Assembly: GCA_028534125.1 (NCBI GenBank)
Contig: CM052818.1
Span: forward strand, 35,280,001 to 35,344,000
DNA from: Lama glama
Lineage: Eukaryota
Direction of reading: 5' to 3'
Length of the DNA: 64,000 nucleotides
Every line of letters starts with the position of its first letter. Positions within the stretch are counted from its first letter, which is position 1. The notes below the pieces were generated by a model, which was given only the letters and a program-made list of their open reading frames with translations, was not told the origin of the DNA and did not search any database. The translations under genes and the position numbers were made by a program. Below, in pieces: positions 26,445 to 38,504 of this stretch.

Positions 26445-29420
26445 TTGTTGGTTCATGCAGCAGTCAGTGGGCTTTGGGGTTGTTTCCACTTCGGGCCTAT
26501 TCAGCAATTGCTGATGGACATTTGTGTACGAGTTTGGGGTGGGCATAGGTTTTTATTTCTCCTCGGTATATACTCAGGAGTGAAGTTGTTAGATCGTATG
26601 GTAAGTTTATATTTAATATTTTAAGAAACTGCCAAACTGCCTTCCAAAGTGGTGGTTCCATTTTACAGTCTGTCAGCAGTGTACAACGGTTCTCGTTTCC
26701 TCACAGCCTAGTCAGTCGCTTTGATTGTAGCTACTCTAGTGGGTAAGTGGTATCTTTCGTGATTTCAATTTTCATTTCCCTAGTGGGTACCCATGTTGAG
26801 CATTTTTCATGTGATTTTCAGACCATTTGTACATATTATTTCATGAAATGTCTATTCAAGTCTTTGCCTGTCTTGTAATTGGGTTGTCTTGCCTTCTTAT
26901 TCAGTTATAAGAGTCTTTATATGTTCTGGACACAAGTTTTTTTTTTATAGTTTATTCTGTTTTTATTTCAGCTTTATTGAAGTATAATTGCTATATAAAA
27001 TTGGAAGATATTTAAAGTACACATTGTAGTGACTTAATACACATGTACATGGTGAAAGGGTTTCCCCATCTAGTTAATTAACACATCCATTACCTCACAT
27101 ATTTATCTTTTTATGTGTGTGTGAGAACATTTAAGTTGTTCTCTCTCAGCAAATTTCAGCTATACAATAGTGTGTCACCAACTATAGTCCATGTTACATT
27201 AGCTCCTCAGACCTCATAGCTGAAAGTTTACACACTTTTACCAACCTCTCTCTACTTCCCCCACCCTTCAGCCCCTGACAACCACTCCACTCTTGGTTTC
27301 TGGGTTTGACTTTTTTTTTAGATTTCACATACAGATACCATGCAGTATTTGTCTTTCTCTGTCTGGTTTACTTCACATAGCATAAATAAAACAGCAGGAT
27401 TTCCTTCTTTTTCGTGGCTGAATAATATTCCATTGTACACATATGCCACATCTTCTTTATCCAGTCATCTGTTGATGGACACTTAGGTTGTTTCCACGTC
27501 TGAGCTATTGTGAATAATGCTGCAGTACACAAGTAAACATAGGGGTACAGCTATCTCTTTAAGATCTTGTTTTCATCATTGGATATATACCCAGAAGTGG
27601 GGTTGCTGGATCATATAGTAGTTCTATTTTTCATTTTTTGAGAAACCTCCGTACTGTTTTTGCCTAGTGGCTGCACCCGTTTACATTCTCACCAATACTG
27701 CACAAGTATTCACTTTTCTCCACATCTTTGCCAACACTTATCTCTTCTTGGTAATAACCATCCTAATAGATATGAGGTGATATCTCATGGTGATTTTGAT
27801 TTGCATTTCCCTGATGATTGGTGATGTTGAGTACCTTTTCTTGTATGCTTTTTGGCCATTTTATGTCTTCTTTGGGAAAATGTCTGTTCAGTTCGTCTGC
27901 CCATTTTTTAATCAGATTGTTTGCTTTTTCGCTATTGAGTTGCATGAGTTCTTCATATATTTTAGATATTAACTCCTTATCACACATATGACTTACACAT
28001 ATTTTCTTCCATTCAGTAGATTGCCTTTTCATTTTGTTGATGGTTTCTTTGCTTTACAGAAGCTTTTTAGTTTAATGTAGCTCTGCTTGTTATTTTGCCT
28101 TTCTTGGCTTTGTTTTTGGTGTCAAATCCAAAAAATCATGAAGATCCACAATTTCTTCATTAGAAACAACTTTCAATTATTTTTTCCAGCCTATGGCTTA
28201 TCTTTTTATTTTTCTTTGTGGCATTTTTTTAAATAATAGTTTTTTTAAGATATAAGTCATCTACCACACAATTCACCCTTTTAAAGTGTACAATTCACTA
28301 GTTTTTAATATCATCACAGAGTTGTGCAAGCATCAGCATGATCAATTTTAGAACATTTAATCACCCCCAAAATGACTTCATACCTGTTAGCACTCACTTC
28401 TCATTCCTCCCTAGCCTCCAAGCCCCAGACAACCACTAATTTACTTTCTGTCTCTGTGGATTTGCTTATTCTGGACATTTCATATAAATGGAATCAAACA
28501 TGTAGTCTTTTGTAACTGGCTTCTTTTACTTGGCATAATATTGTCAAGGTTCATCTGTGTTGTAGCGTGTGTCAGTACTTCATTCCTTGTTATTACCTAA
28601 TCGTATTCCATTGTAAGAATGTACCACATTGTATTGAAATCATTCAACAGTCAATGGACATTTGAATTTGTTTTCCCTTTTGGCCATTATGTATAATGCT
28701 GCTGTGAACATTTGCGTACAATTTCTTATGTATACGTATGTTTTCATTTCTCTCCGGTCTATACATGTAGGAGGGGAATGGCTGGGTCATATGGTATTCA
28801 ATGTTTAACCTTTTGAGGAACTGCCAGACTGTTTTCTAAAGCAGCTGCACCATTTTACATTCCTTCCAGCAGTTTATGAGGGTCTCAGTTTCTCTACATC
28901 CTTGTCAACGTGTGTTATTACCTGTCTTTTTTTTTTTTTTGTAGCCATCTTAGTGGATGTCAAGTTGGATCTCATAGTGGTTTTAATTTGCATTTCCCTA
29001 ATGGCTAATAATATTGAGCATTTTTTCATGTGTTTATTGGACATTTGTATATCTTCTTTGAATGTCTATTCAGATCCTTTGCCCATTTTAAAATTAGGTT
29101 ATCTGTCCTTTAATTGTTCAGTGTCACAGTTCTTTATATATTCTAGATATAAGTCCCCTATCAGATATATGATTTGCAAAAATTTTTCCCATTCTGTGAG
29201 TTCTTTTTTCACTTTCTTAAAGGTGTCCTTTGAAAAAGGTTTTTAATTATAAGTCCCTCGTATCTGTTTTTCTTTTCTAGTGTTTGCTTTTTGTGTCATT
29301 GCTAAAAAGTCATTGTCTAATCATTCCTTCTAAGAGTTTCATAGTTTTAGTTCTTACATTTGGCATGATCCATTTTGAGCTAGTTTTTGTATATGTTAGG
29401 TAAGGTCTAAGTTCATATTT
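26445..29420 (-). mobile_element. Cluster of nested antisense L1 fragments (at least three insertions)
   Basis: Separate poly-T 3' ends near 26937 and 28225 interrupt an older L1. The minus-strand ORF at 27763-28032 ([10 protein letters not shown]...[20 protein letters not shown]) is L1 ORF2. Confidence 0.88.
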
Positions 29421-29424
29421 ATTT

Positions 29425-29780
29425 GTATCATGGGAAGATCTCAAAACGTATGCTAGGCGATAAAAGCAAATTGGAAAATGTTACGTACAGTATGATACCC
29501 ATTCGTGCAAAACTTAAAAGCATGAAATGTCATCTATTATTCATAATTACATATGTACACATAGGTAAGAAGTTTCACACCAGAATCTTTGACAATGGTT
29601 GCCTCTGAAAGGAAGAGAGGAGGGGATTCAAAGAATTGGTAGACAAAGGGGTCTTCAGATTTATCTGCTGTGTTTTTAGGTTGAAATAAATTTGACACAA
29701 TATTAACAATTATCAATTTGGGTGGTCTGTAATGTTCTACTTCTAAGCTTTTCATATTTTTTGAATTTCTCAAATTAAAA
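29425..29780 (+). mobile_element. Old L1 (L1ME-like) 3' UTR fragment
   Basis: gatctcaaaacgtatgctaggcgataaaagcaaa...tacagtatgatacccatt...acaatggttgcctctg. Confidence 0.55.
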
Positions 29781-30439
29781 ATGCACACACGAATCAAAGT
29801 GAACGATGGACAACAGACCATTTCCATGTAGCCCAGCGCTCACACTGGTTGAAGCACTGAGGTGATGCTTTGCGCACAGCCTGTCAGCCTGTTTGGGGCA
29901 GATGCTGTTTGTATGTGGGGTTTCTGAGCTAGATCCCAAAAGAGACTGATCTTCCTTTGAACTCATTTGCACACTTTGGTTTATATTTTCCCCGTTTTGC
30001 TTCCACAGAAAAGCCCAGCCTACGTGCCACACTCAGTTGCCCTTCCTCTGAAGAGCAGCAGAGCCCAGATCTCAGCGAGCTCCCTTTAACAGAAGTTTCA
30101 AAATTTTATCCCATTGCTCCAAGCTTTCTCCAAAACTATACCAGAGCCTTCACAAGGAAAGTTTGGTTCCCACTAAACATGTGTTCATCCTCACCCAGTC
30201 CCCACTGGATGGCCTGCGAAAGACCTCACTGTGTGCGTGGCGAGTGCAGTGTGACAGCTGGATGAGCCGGCTCCAGGGAACAGCCTGCAGCTGGGCTCCC
30301 GACACGCAGACGCGGGTGTGGGTGGCGTGTGTCCCTGTGGCCTGGCAGCTGCAGAGGTGCTGGGCCGCTGTCATTGCCCTCGGAGTGGAACGGCTCGTTC
30401 CACTCCCTCCCACTGCCGGGCTGCGCGGCCTGACACAGA

Positions 30440-30560
30440 GCTCTTACTCTCTTCATCCTGGGTTTTCTCCAATAAAATGGATACAAAAATGTATGTCCTT
30501 TCTACTCACAAGTTGTTGTGAGGATCAAATGAGATAGTGCCCATGAATGTGTTTGCAAAC
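30440..30560 (+). mobile_element. MIR fragment
   Basis: gttttctccaataaaatgg...ctactcacaagttgttgtgaggatcaaatgagatagtg. Confidence 0.6.
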
Positions 30561-30790
30561 AAAAATGAAAGCTGTTGGTGTACTATTTCCAGCTGTGTGA
30601 CCCCCAACCCCTGATCCTCTGCCCAGCCACTCTGCTCAGTCTGGCCACCTGCAGGGCCTCCGCCTCCCTCTGCAGTGCTTTCCCTCCCTCTTTCTGTCCA
30701 TTCTTGCAGTGTTCTCGCGCTCTCTTTTCTCTCCTCCCCTTTTGTTCTCTCCTCATCTCCCCTTTTTTTTTCTTTTCTTCCTCTCTCCAG

Positions 30791-30832
30791 CCCTGGAGGC
30801 AGCCTGACTCCTTCCTTTCACATGGGAGTGCA
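30791..30832 (+). CDS. Candidate 42-nt in-frame cassette exon of DTNB (PWRQPDSFLSHGSA)
   Basis: AG-free pyrimidine tract of about 80 nt ending ctctctccag|, donor GCA|gtgagt, phase 0/0, no stop, and a 124-nt intron to the next exon. No transcript evidence available. Confidence 0.5.
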
Positions 30833-30956
30833 GTGAGTGCATGGCACCACTGAACTGAAGCCCTGGGCTGGCTCAGACTGAGAAAAAAGACTTTTCCCCC
30901 TCCTCAAAGAGGTAAGACATCTGAGATAATATCCTTTATCTCTTTGATTCTCCCAG

Positions 30957-31110
30957 GCTCAGGCCACAGGATCGCCACATACATCGCCCACTCATGGAGG
31001 TGGCCGCCCAATGCCCATGCCCGTGCGCTCCACGTCGGCCGGCTCCACCCCCACCCACTGCCCGCAGGACCCGCTGGGCAGCGGGGACATGCAGGAGGCC
31101 TTCGCCCAAG
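30957..31110 (+). CDS. DTNB: DTNB coding exon, 154 nt (Ser/Pro/Thr-rich tail)
   Basis: Acceptor tctcccag| and donor CAAG|gtgagt. Reads [51 protein letters not shown](G); phase 0 in, phase 1 out. Confidence 0.96.
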
Positions 31111-31892
31111 GTGAGTGTGAGAGCAGAGATAATGGAGAGCAGAAAGGGATTGGAAGCACAAGCAAGATTCCTACTGAGACTTTTCCAGTTTCTTTGTGCG
31201 CTTAGCTTTAAATGATCCAATTTTCATATACAGTAAAAGTAAGTCAAATGCTGACCCCTTCTCATTAGATGGGCTGGTGTCCAGTGGAGGTCTGCAGGCT
31301 TTGTATGTGTGCTGAGTACAAACCTCCTGGGCTTCTGTGCTCTTTTTCCCCGGGTTGTGGGAAGTGCCTTGTCCTTTGGGCTTTGCTTCCTCTGGAGGAA
31401 TTTGATGGATTCATTCCGAAGTCATGTGTCGGCCTGCAAAATCTTTAGAGCAAGCAAGAGAAGGAAGAGTGGAACTCTAAGTAAGACTTTGCCGAAGGCT
31501 CCTTGTCCGCGGAGCTGACAGCCAGCAGTGTTACGTGGTTGGGGGAAGACGAGGAAGGCTCCGATGGAGACTTCACTCCACAGGGAGGCGGAGGTGGAGC
31601 TGGAGAGTAAGACCTGCCTTAGGCTAGGAGCACCTGGGAGCAACCCAACTCTTGATTGTGGCTGAGAAGCATGGAGTTGACAGGGCCCTGCTCTGCAGGT
31701 GTAGAAGAGGGAGGACCATGGACTTGGGTACCCGATGCTCCTGATGTGCCTGGGAGCGGGCGGAGCTGCGTGGCCCCTCTCCCCTTAGTGCGCACCATGT
31801 CCACCCGAGGGCCCGACCCACCGAGGCATTTGCTCAGCCCTCTCTTCCCCACCCACCCACCTGGCATCGCCATCTGCTCTGACTCCCCTCAG

Positions 31893-31982
31893 GTACGAGG
31901 AGGAACCTCCACAATGACCTGCTGGTGGCTGCCGACTCTATCACCAACACCATGTCGTCCCTGGTGAAGGAGCTCCACTCAG
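31893..31982 (+). CDS. DTNB: DTNB coding exon, 90 nt, symmetric phase 1
   Basis: Acceptor ctgactcccctcag| and donor TCAG|gtgacg. Reads (G)[29 protein letters not shown], the motif shared by dystrobrevins. Confidence 0.96.
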
Positions 31983-33529
31983 GTGACGCCCAGAGCTCCC
32001 GCCCAGCCTCGCGTCTCCCCCTCTGCACCCAGGCCCTCCTCACCGCCTGGCCACGTGGTAAAACGTCGCCCCGGAGCGCAGGCCGCCGCCCGTCACCCTG
32101 CGGTCTTTTTGCCTTCTAGGACACGCTGGCTCCCCACCCAGAGCTGCTCCCACGCGGGACCACGTAGCGGCAGTCCTGCGTTTAGGCTTCTCTTAAGAAC
32201 ACGCCTGGTGCAGCACAGTGCAGACTTGAGAGAAATTCCCACCTCTCGGTGCAGTCAAGCCCCTTCCTCACCTAATTTGTCTTCCATCTGTGCTTCGTCC
32301 GCAGCTGCTCTCTCCTCAGGCCTGCTCGGCTGTCTCATTCCGGAGCTTTCCTGGATGACTGGAACCGAATCAGCCACAAAAGCTTCTGGACTTTCTCTCA
32401 CTGCCTCTCTGCTCTCTCCTATTTGACTTGGTTTTGAAACCCTATTCTCTCCTTTTGTCCACGAAGAGGCTCTGATTTCACTGGAAGTTCATGACCCGCA
32501 TCTGTTGCTTCCTTCACTCCTCATGTTCAGTCTTATCTGTGACTCCCTTCTGTCTGTCACCTGGCTATTTCAGTGATTTTCCAGAGACCCTTACCTCATG
32601 GAATATTTGCCCTTACATAAATCCAAGGAAGGAGAGAAAAAATAGAAGGCTGTTCCCATACCATCATATCTTAAGAATCCCCATGATTCCATCAGTTTTG
32701 TAGCTGCCAGATATTTTACTATTTTTTGTTACAGTGGTCATATTCCCATGTTATATATTAAACAAACAGACTCCTTTCCTAAGTGCTGTAGGTCACTCGT
32801 ACAGATGGCCCTCTTCTGTTTCTTTTCACCTAATGTAGTGCTTTTAAATACCTTGAGCTAGCTTAACAAGATTATTAAATAAAAATACAAAGCAGTTTTT
32901 CTGTGGGCTGTTCAGACACAAATACTTATTCGAACACATACACTGAAATCATCAGTCCATGCTCTTAGGGAAGGCAAGCCTTGGGTGTTTCTTCAGACCT
33001 TCATAGGAGAACGCACACACCTGTGGTGTTACTGCTCTCAAATCTGCTGTTTCTGTTTAGAAGAGAATAAGTGTGTGGCCTGGGTTGGTTTTTCCAGTGC
33101 AGTTAAGACAGGTTGCCAGTTCTCCTGTGCTGGGAGTTATGGTGACGCTGTCTCCAGTCTGGTACCGTTTCTCAGCCCCCGTTAGAAGCACTGCCCCCTC
33201 CACACACACAAACCGAAGAGCTGACGTCATGGGTGATTAGAAAGTCCCTTCCCTAATATAGCTCCCCACAGATGCCAGAAATCCCACTCTTGGAGGGAAT
33301 TTCCTAGGGGATTTCAGGCCATGGAAATTAACCACACTTGTGCCTTGTGGCCACTTCTTGGGGTTTGTGCAAAATAAGTGGTTCGTGAGCTCATCACACT
33401 GATTTGAGAGGTAACTGGGTATCATTAAACACAAAGCCCATAGAGACAAAAAAGCTTCCTAAAAAAGTAAGTTTATGGGGACACCCAGCAATCTCTCATA
33501 GGAGGAAAGGATGGTTTTTAACAAAACTA

Positions 33530-33705
33530 TGCAGTGTGTTTAGAAGGTACCTTAGAGATTACACTGTCTACTCCTCTTACTTTAGAAATGCAGCGAGTGG
33601 TGATCAGAAAAGTGATTTGCCTGAAATTGTGCAGCTTGAAGGGGCAAAGCTGGTCTTAGAGCTTATGTCTGAACATTAAGCTGATGCTGTTACCACCACA
33701 CTGCC
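33530..33705 (-). mobile_element. MIR fragment
   Basis: tagaaggtaccttagagatta...ttttagaaatg...aagtgatttgcctgaaattgtgcagc. Confidence 0.5.
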
Positions 33706-34059
33706 TTTATCCCCACGCAGGACAAGGTGTCAAATCTCCAGTCCCACGAGGGCCCCTTTCACTGATGCTCCATTCTCCCAAGCCCTGAAGTCCACAGGGA
33801 GACGTGGACTAGGCCCACACGTGGCACAGTGTCTCTATAAAACACAGAAGTAAACGCCCTTTACGTGCAAGGCTGCAGTCTCTCGATGAGTGGAAGAGCC
33901 TTGCCCGACACCAGCACCATTTTACCATCACTGTCAAGGTCTCTGTGAGGATGAGATTAGATGTTCACATTGTGTTTACATGTATTCTGCACAGCACGGA
34001 CGTACTGTGTGGACCATAGCTTGCCCACCTCGTCTTTTTTGAAATGCTTTCAAAAATAA

Positions 34060-34760
34060 CGGACTCTTAGAGTTGGAGAGGATCTTAGAAGTCATTTAAT
34101 CCAACTTGCTGCTCAGTGTAAGTCCTCTGTTTGAATATTTCCAGTGAGCTCATTCATGACCAGTTCTCCCCACTGGGAAGTTCTTCCTTATCAGGGAGCC
34201 AAAACCTGCCTGTCTGTAATGCCTGCATTCTCGTTCCACTCTCTGAAGTGACCCAGACTGAGCTCAGTCCCTCCTCTTCACGTCAGCCTTTCAAGTATTT
34301 GATGGCAGATGGCAGGGTTCTCCCTCCGCCTTCCCCACTTTGGGCAACTGGTCACCGTTCCTTCAGCTGTAACTCATGTGGGTTTCACTGGACCATCTTG
34401 CCTGCCCACACCAGGATGTGGCCAAGTGTTTCAAGGCCCTAGTTCAGAGCCAGTTCCCAGGGCCGACACCCTTCTGCACGTCGCAGGGGTCTTCCCCCTG
34501 CAGAGCACAGCCAGCTGCCACCTCCCTGGGTGAGCCCCCCAGGAAAGCAGTCTTAGACAGCACTCCCCTTCCCCGCATAGCCACTTTACACTGTTCAGGC
34601 ATTTTAAGTTTGTTGTCAGCTAAAATCTCTAGATTTGTTTTTTTAACAGAAGCCAGTGTTCATCTAGGTGTTCCCTGCCAGGCACGTTTACAGTTATTTT
34701 CTTGAACCTGAAGGCAAGGTATTGGCTGTATCCCTGGTGGATGTCATCACCTCAGGGAAG
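34060..34760 (-). mobile_element. Ancient L3/CR1 LINE fragment
   Basis: gagttggagaggatcttagaagtcatttaatccaac ... ggaagttcttcctta ... cagcctttcaagtatttgatggcag ... tccttcagctg are motifs of the antisense CR1/L3 3' region. Confidence 0.6.
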
Positions 34761-35008
34761 CCAGCAACAGAGCCAGCAGCCACGTGGGTGACATCAGACT
34801 GCACGTTTCTCTGGGCTTAGGGCTTATGGGGACACAATACTGGGGTGTGGGTGCTATAGGCTAGGTGATTTAAGCACCCTTGGAGGCCTGCAGCCGTGAG
34901 CCTTTAGCTAGGGTTTCATCCCACGCCTCCCAAGTTACTCCCTTCTCCCTCCTGCCATGCTTATACCGTGCTGAAGGGTCACTGGCCTCCTTGGACTTGT
35001 TTTCACAG

Positions 35009-35062
35009 CAGAGGAAGGTGCAGAGGAAGAAGAAGAGAAGATGCAGAATGGGAAGGACAGAG
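35009..35062 (+). CDS. DTNB: DTNB coding exon, 54 nt, symmetric phase 1 (acidic tail)
   Basis: Acceptor ttgttttcacag| and donor AGAG|gtaaag. Reads (A)EEGAEEEEEKMQNGKDR(G). Confidence 0.94.
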
Positions 35063-35619
35063 GTAAAGGCAGCTCCACAGGACCCCCTAGTCTGAACGGA
35101 AGCCAGAGCTCCAGTCCCTGAACGAAACCCACCTTGCCCTTTTGTTTCTGCCTTTCCTCCGGCTGCCACCTTTCCCCAAAGCTTTCAGACCCCTACCGTT
35201 CTTTCTCCCTGCTGTTCCCAGCTGACCGTCAAGTTTTTCTCTAGAGATGGTCATGTCAGTGGATCAACAAAAGCTTCCTGATTTCCTGACGCTCTGAGAG
35301 ATGGGTGGCGGGGATACAGGAGGTGGATCCAAGTCAAAAACCAAATATAACCTCTTGCCTCCGGGAGTTTATAGGAAAGCAAAATTAAAATATGGAAAAT
35401 AAATAAGAGATAAAATGAAGTGGCAGGAAAAGTTAGTCGTCAGACGTTGAGTGTAGGATTATAAATGCAAGAAGTGTTTGTGAAAAGGAAGTGATTGCTG
35501 TGGACAGAACAGCCAAATGGTTTTGTGGCTTCTCAGAGGAATTAAAAGCAATAGAGAAAGGTATCAGCAAAGGACAGTAATGCCTTCCTCATTTTATTGT
35601 CTCCAAAACCTCCTTAATA

Positions 35620-36330
35620 ACTTGTTATGTTCAAAGAGCTGTGCTAAATGGTTTCCATGTTTAATCTTACTCAGTCCTCAACAACCCAGTGAGGTGTGTA
35701 ATATAATAATATCTCCATTTTACCGATGAGGAAATAGGCTCAGAGAAATTGAGATCGTGTAGCTATTAAGTGGTAAAGATTGGATCTGAACTGGGTCTTT
35801 CTGACTCCAGACTTCATGCTCTTAATCTTCATGTTTCTACGTTACCTTGAACAGATAACAATGCTCTTTGGACATTTGAGAGTTAGCTCTTATTTCTGTG
35901 ACATATTAATACATCTGTTACTGGATTCCTTCAAAATGTAAGCTCCACAAGGCAGAGATTTTGGTCTGTTTTGTTCAGGTTGTATCCCCAGTGCCTAGAA
36001 CAGTGCCTAGCACGTAGTGGGATGTAAGTAAATCCACAAATCTAAGGAATTAAACAGGGTGGTGTGCTGGAGAGCCGGTTGTCAGGGAGAGAGGTGGGTG
36101 GCCGCCCTGGGGAGGCTGAGGGGTGGAGCTTGAGAAGGAGCCAGCCCAGCTCGCCCAGGTCCCTGCTGGATGCTCTGCACGTAACACACCCTTCCTGTTT
36201 GATTCTTTAGCCCCTGGAGGAAAGGATTCCAGACAGGGCTCAGGGCGGTTAAACAACTTGCCCAAGTAGTGAGTGACAGAGCCTGGACTCAGCCCAGGTA
36301 CCTCTAACGCCAGCGCCCAGGCTTTAGTCT
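35620..36330. mobile_element. Series of MIR (35620-35830), L2 3' end (35930-36050) and MIR (36215-36330)
   Basis: ctccattttaccgatgaggaaataggctcagaga; tgtaagctccacaaggcagagatttt...tatccccagtgcctagaacagtgcctagcacgtag; ggttaaacaacttgcccaag. Confidence 0.65.
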
Positions 36331-38504
36331 GAGCAGACTGGGAGACCGAGGGAAGTGAAAGAAGTCTTAAGGAAGGTAGGAAGCCGTGGATGCAGGAAGG
36401 GAGACTGTGATGGGGAGGGGGGCACACCTTGAGGGGCGGGGTCTGGAGTGTTTGCCCGTAGGGTCTGGTGCGGACAAGAGAGGGTGGGTTTGGAGTTTGT
36501 CAGCAAGGACACTGGAATTGCCAAGGAAGAAATGGGGAGAAAAAGAAAAACATACTCCAGGTGCTGAAATCATCGAGTGAGTCAGAGCGAGGCCTGGGAG
36601 AAAGTGGACAATAGTATGATGAATTGATGAGAATGACGTATTTGGCATGGCCGTCCAAAGGTCAGAAGGAGAGGGCAGCAGTATTTGAAACATCTAGAAA
36701 TGCTGCAAAGAAATGGAGAGAAGACTGACTTCTCTGGGCCGACAGGGCACTAGGAGAAGGCAGAAGGGTTGTGATGCAGGAGGTGACGAGAAGAGGAGAC
36801 ACAGAGATAGATTGACACTTCTGTAAACACAAGCTGCAAACAAACGCATGCACACACACACCATCCAGCCAGACCCCGGCATTCGTGTGGAATGTTCTTG
36901 GCTGAAGACATAACAGCTGCTGTTCTGGCCTCTCTTCCCTTATACCCTCCCTTCCCCCATAGCTGTTCCCATGGCCTCTCTTCAGTCTCCCCCACTCCCC
37001 CGAAGCACACAGAGGACTCTGCCCCGACCGCTTGGGCCTTGCCCTGACCATAGACTCCAGCCCGCAGTCCTGAGTCTGGAAGTAGGCTGTGTCTCACGTA
37101 GGGACTGGGTACGGTTTCCCTTGTCTGGTACCTGCTGGCCCCAGGGGCCCTCTGTCTTTGCTCCTGTGTTGCCCTGTCAACATCTCTTTCTGTCCCTCCT
37201 GCTTTGTATGTCTATGGGAAGCCTTTCTGTAAGGATGCCTGAATTTTCATTTCTGTGGCTTTTAGGTATCGCCCCCAAGGGGAAGAGTGTTATGAGTTGG
37301 GATGAGAGATGGGTAGGGTTTAAAAACAAAGCTTGACTCTCAACATTGTATAGGTCCTCAGATATGCCCCTGTAGCTAACTTGTAGCTGTTACGTGGGTA
37401 TAATTGTAAAACCAAGTGTTTTTATGATGGACCTTCTGATTCTCCACTGTAAACTTGGCGTGAGATTTTACCGTAGACTGAGGTAGCAGTAACTACTGTC
37501 ACCTAGGCATTCGAGAGCAACGTAACTGCCAACCACAAAGAGACAAAAAGATTTGCTTCTTTGGGGGTTGAAATCATGCTGACATAACATGAAAACAACT
37601 TGGTCGGCACCCTGTCATATGCAGTCTGCTCAGTGCAGAAACTGTGAGAGCCAAATGGACATTTCTGAGGACTTGATGACCAAGCCAGGCTTCCCAGCCA
37701 CATTCACCCCTGCCCCGGGCCTCGCCCTGCCCCACCCCGGCGCTCGGTCTTGCTGCATCCTGGGGAATGCTTCTGCTCCAGCCGGGGTACCTTCCTGCTT
37801 GCAGCCCCTCACCTTGAGTGGTACTTATCACCAGGGCTACATAGATGAAGCACAGGTGAACATAACTTCCCCCATATGACATCAGAGCCCTAAATTCATC
37901 TCAGCTCCTCCCAGGCCACATGTTACGCTCCTGTGTCCTTCAGAATCACCTCTCCCAGAACCTGCCACCACGGTGTTGGGAGCTGTAAATCCAGGTTGCA
38001 CACTTAAGGCTGGTGCACGTCTGGCAGACTGCGAGCAGCGGTCCTTGGTGAGAACAGGTACAGGCTTTTGAGGTTCCAGGCGGTGGTTCAAGATTCCAGG
38101 GTGAGCAAGAGTATGACTGAGAATTCCCAAGCAGATACGTCTGCAGGAAGGAAATACGGTTCTTATCAAAGTTTGAACATTTTCACCTTGTTCACTTTCA
38201 GAAGCAGGTGGGCTGTACCCACTAATGTAGCGGCTCCCTAGATTTCGGGTGCATTCGTTTCCATTTTAGTGTTACCATTTTCTTCCTCCTGCGAGGCTCT
38301 TGTCTCCAAGGCTGTTTTATGTCAGTTGCAGTTGCTGGTTATAGGTAGTGTGACCCCCCGTTTTCATACCTGGTCGGGGAAAGTCAACCTACAAGGAGCA
38401 AAGGGGAGAGGCGAGCCCGGGAGCCCATGGGCACGTGGGTCAGGGAGGCCCGGAGGAGACCCCAGGTGTGACCGTGGTCTGTTGTTTGTGTCCCCGCTGC
38501 ACAG

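Noticed and set aside
30791..30911. Longer 121-nt version of the candidate exon using GAG|GTAAGA at 30912
   Set aside because: It would leave only a 45-nt intron to 30957, below the usual mammalian minimum, and it includes an in-frame TGA at 30851.
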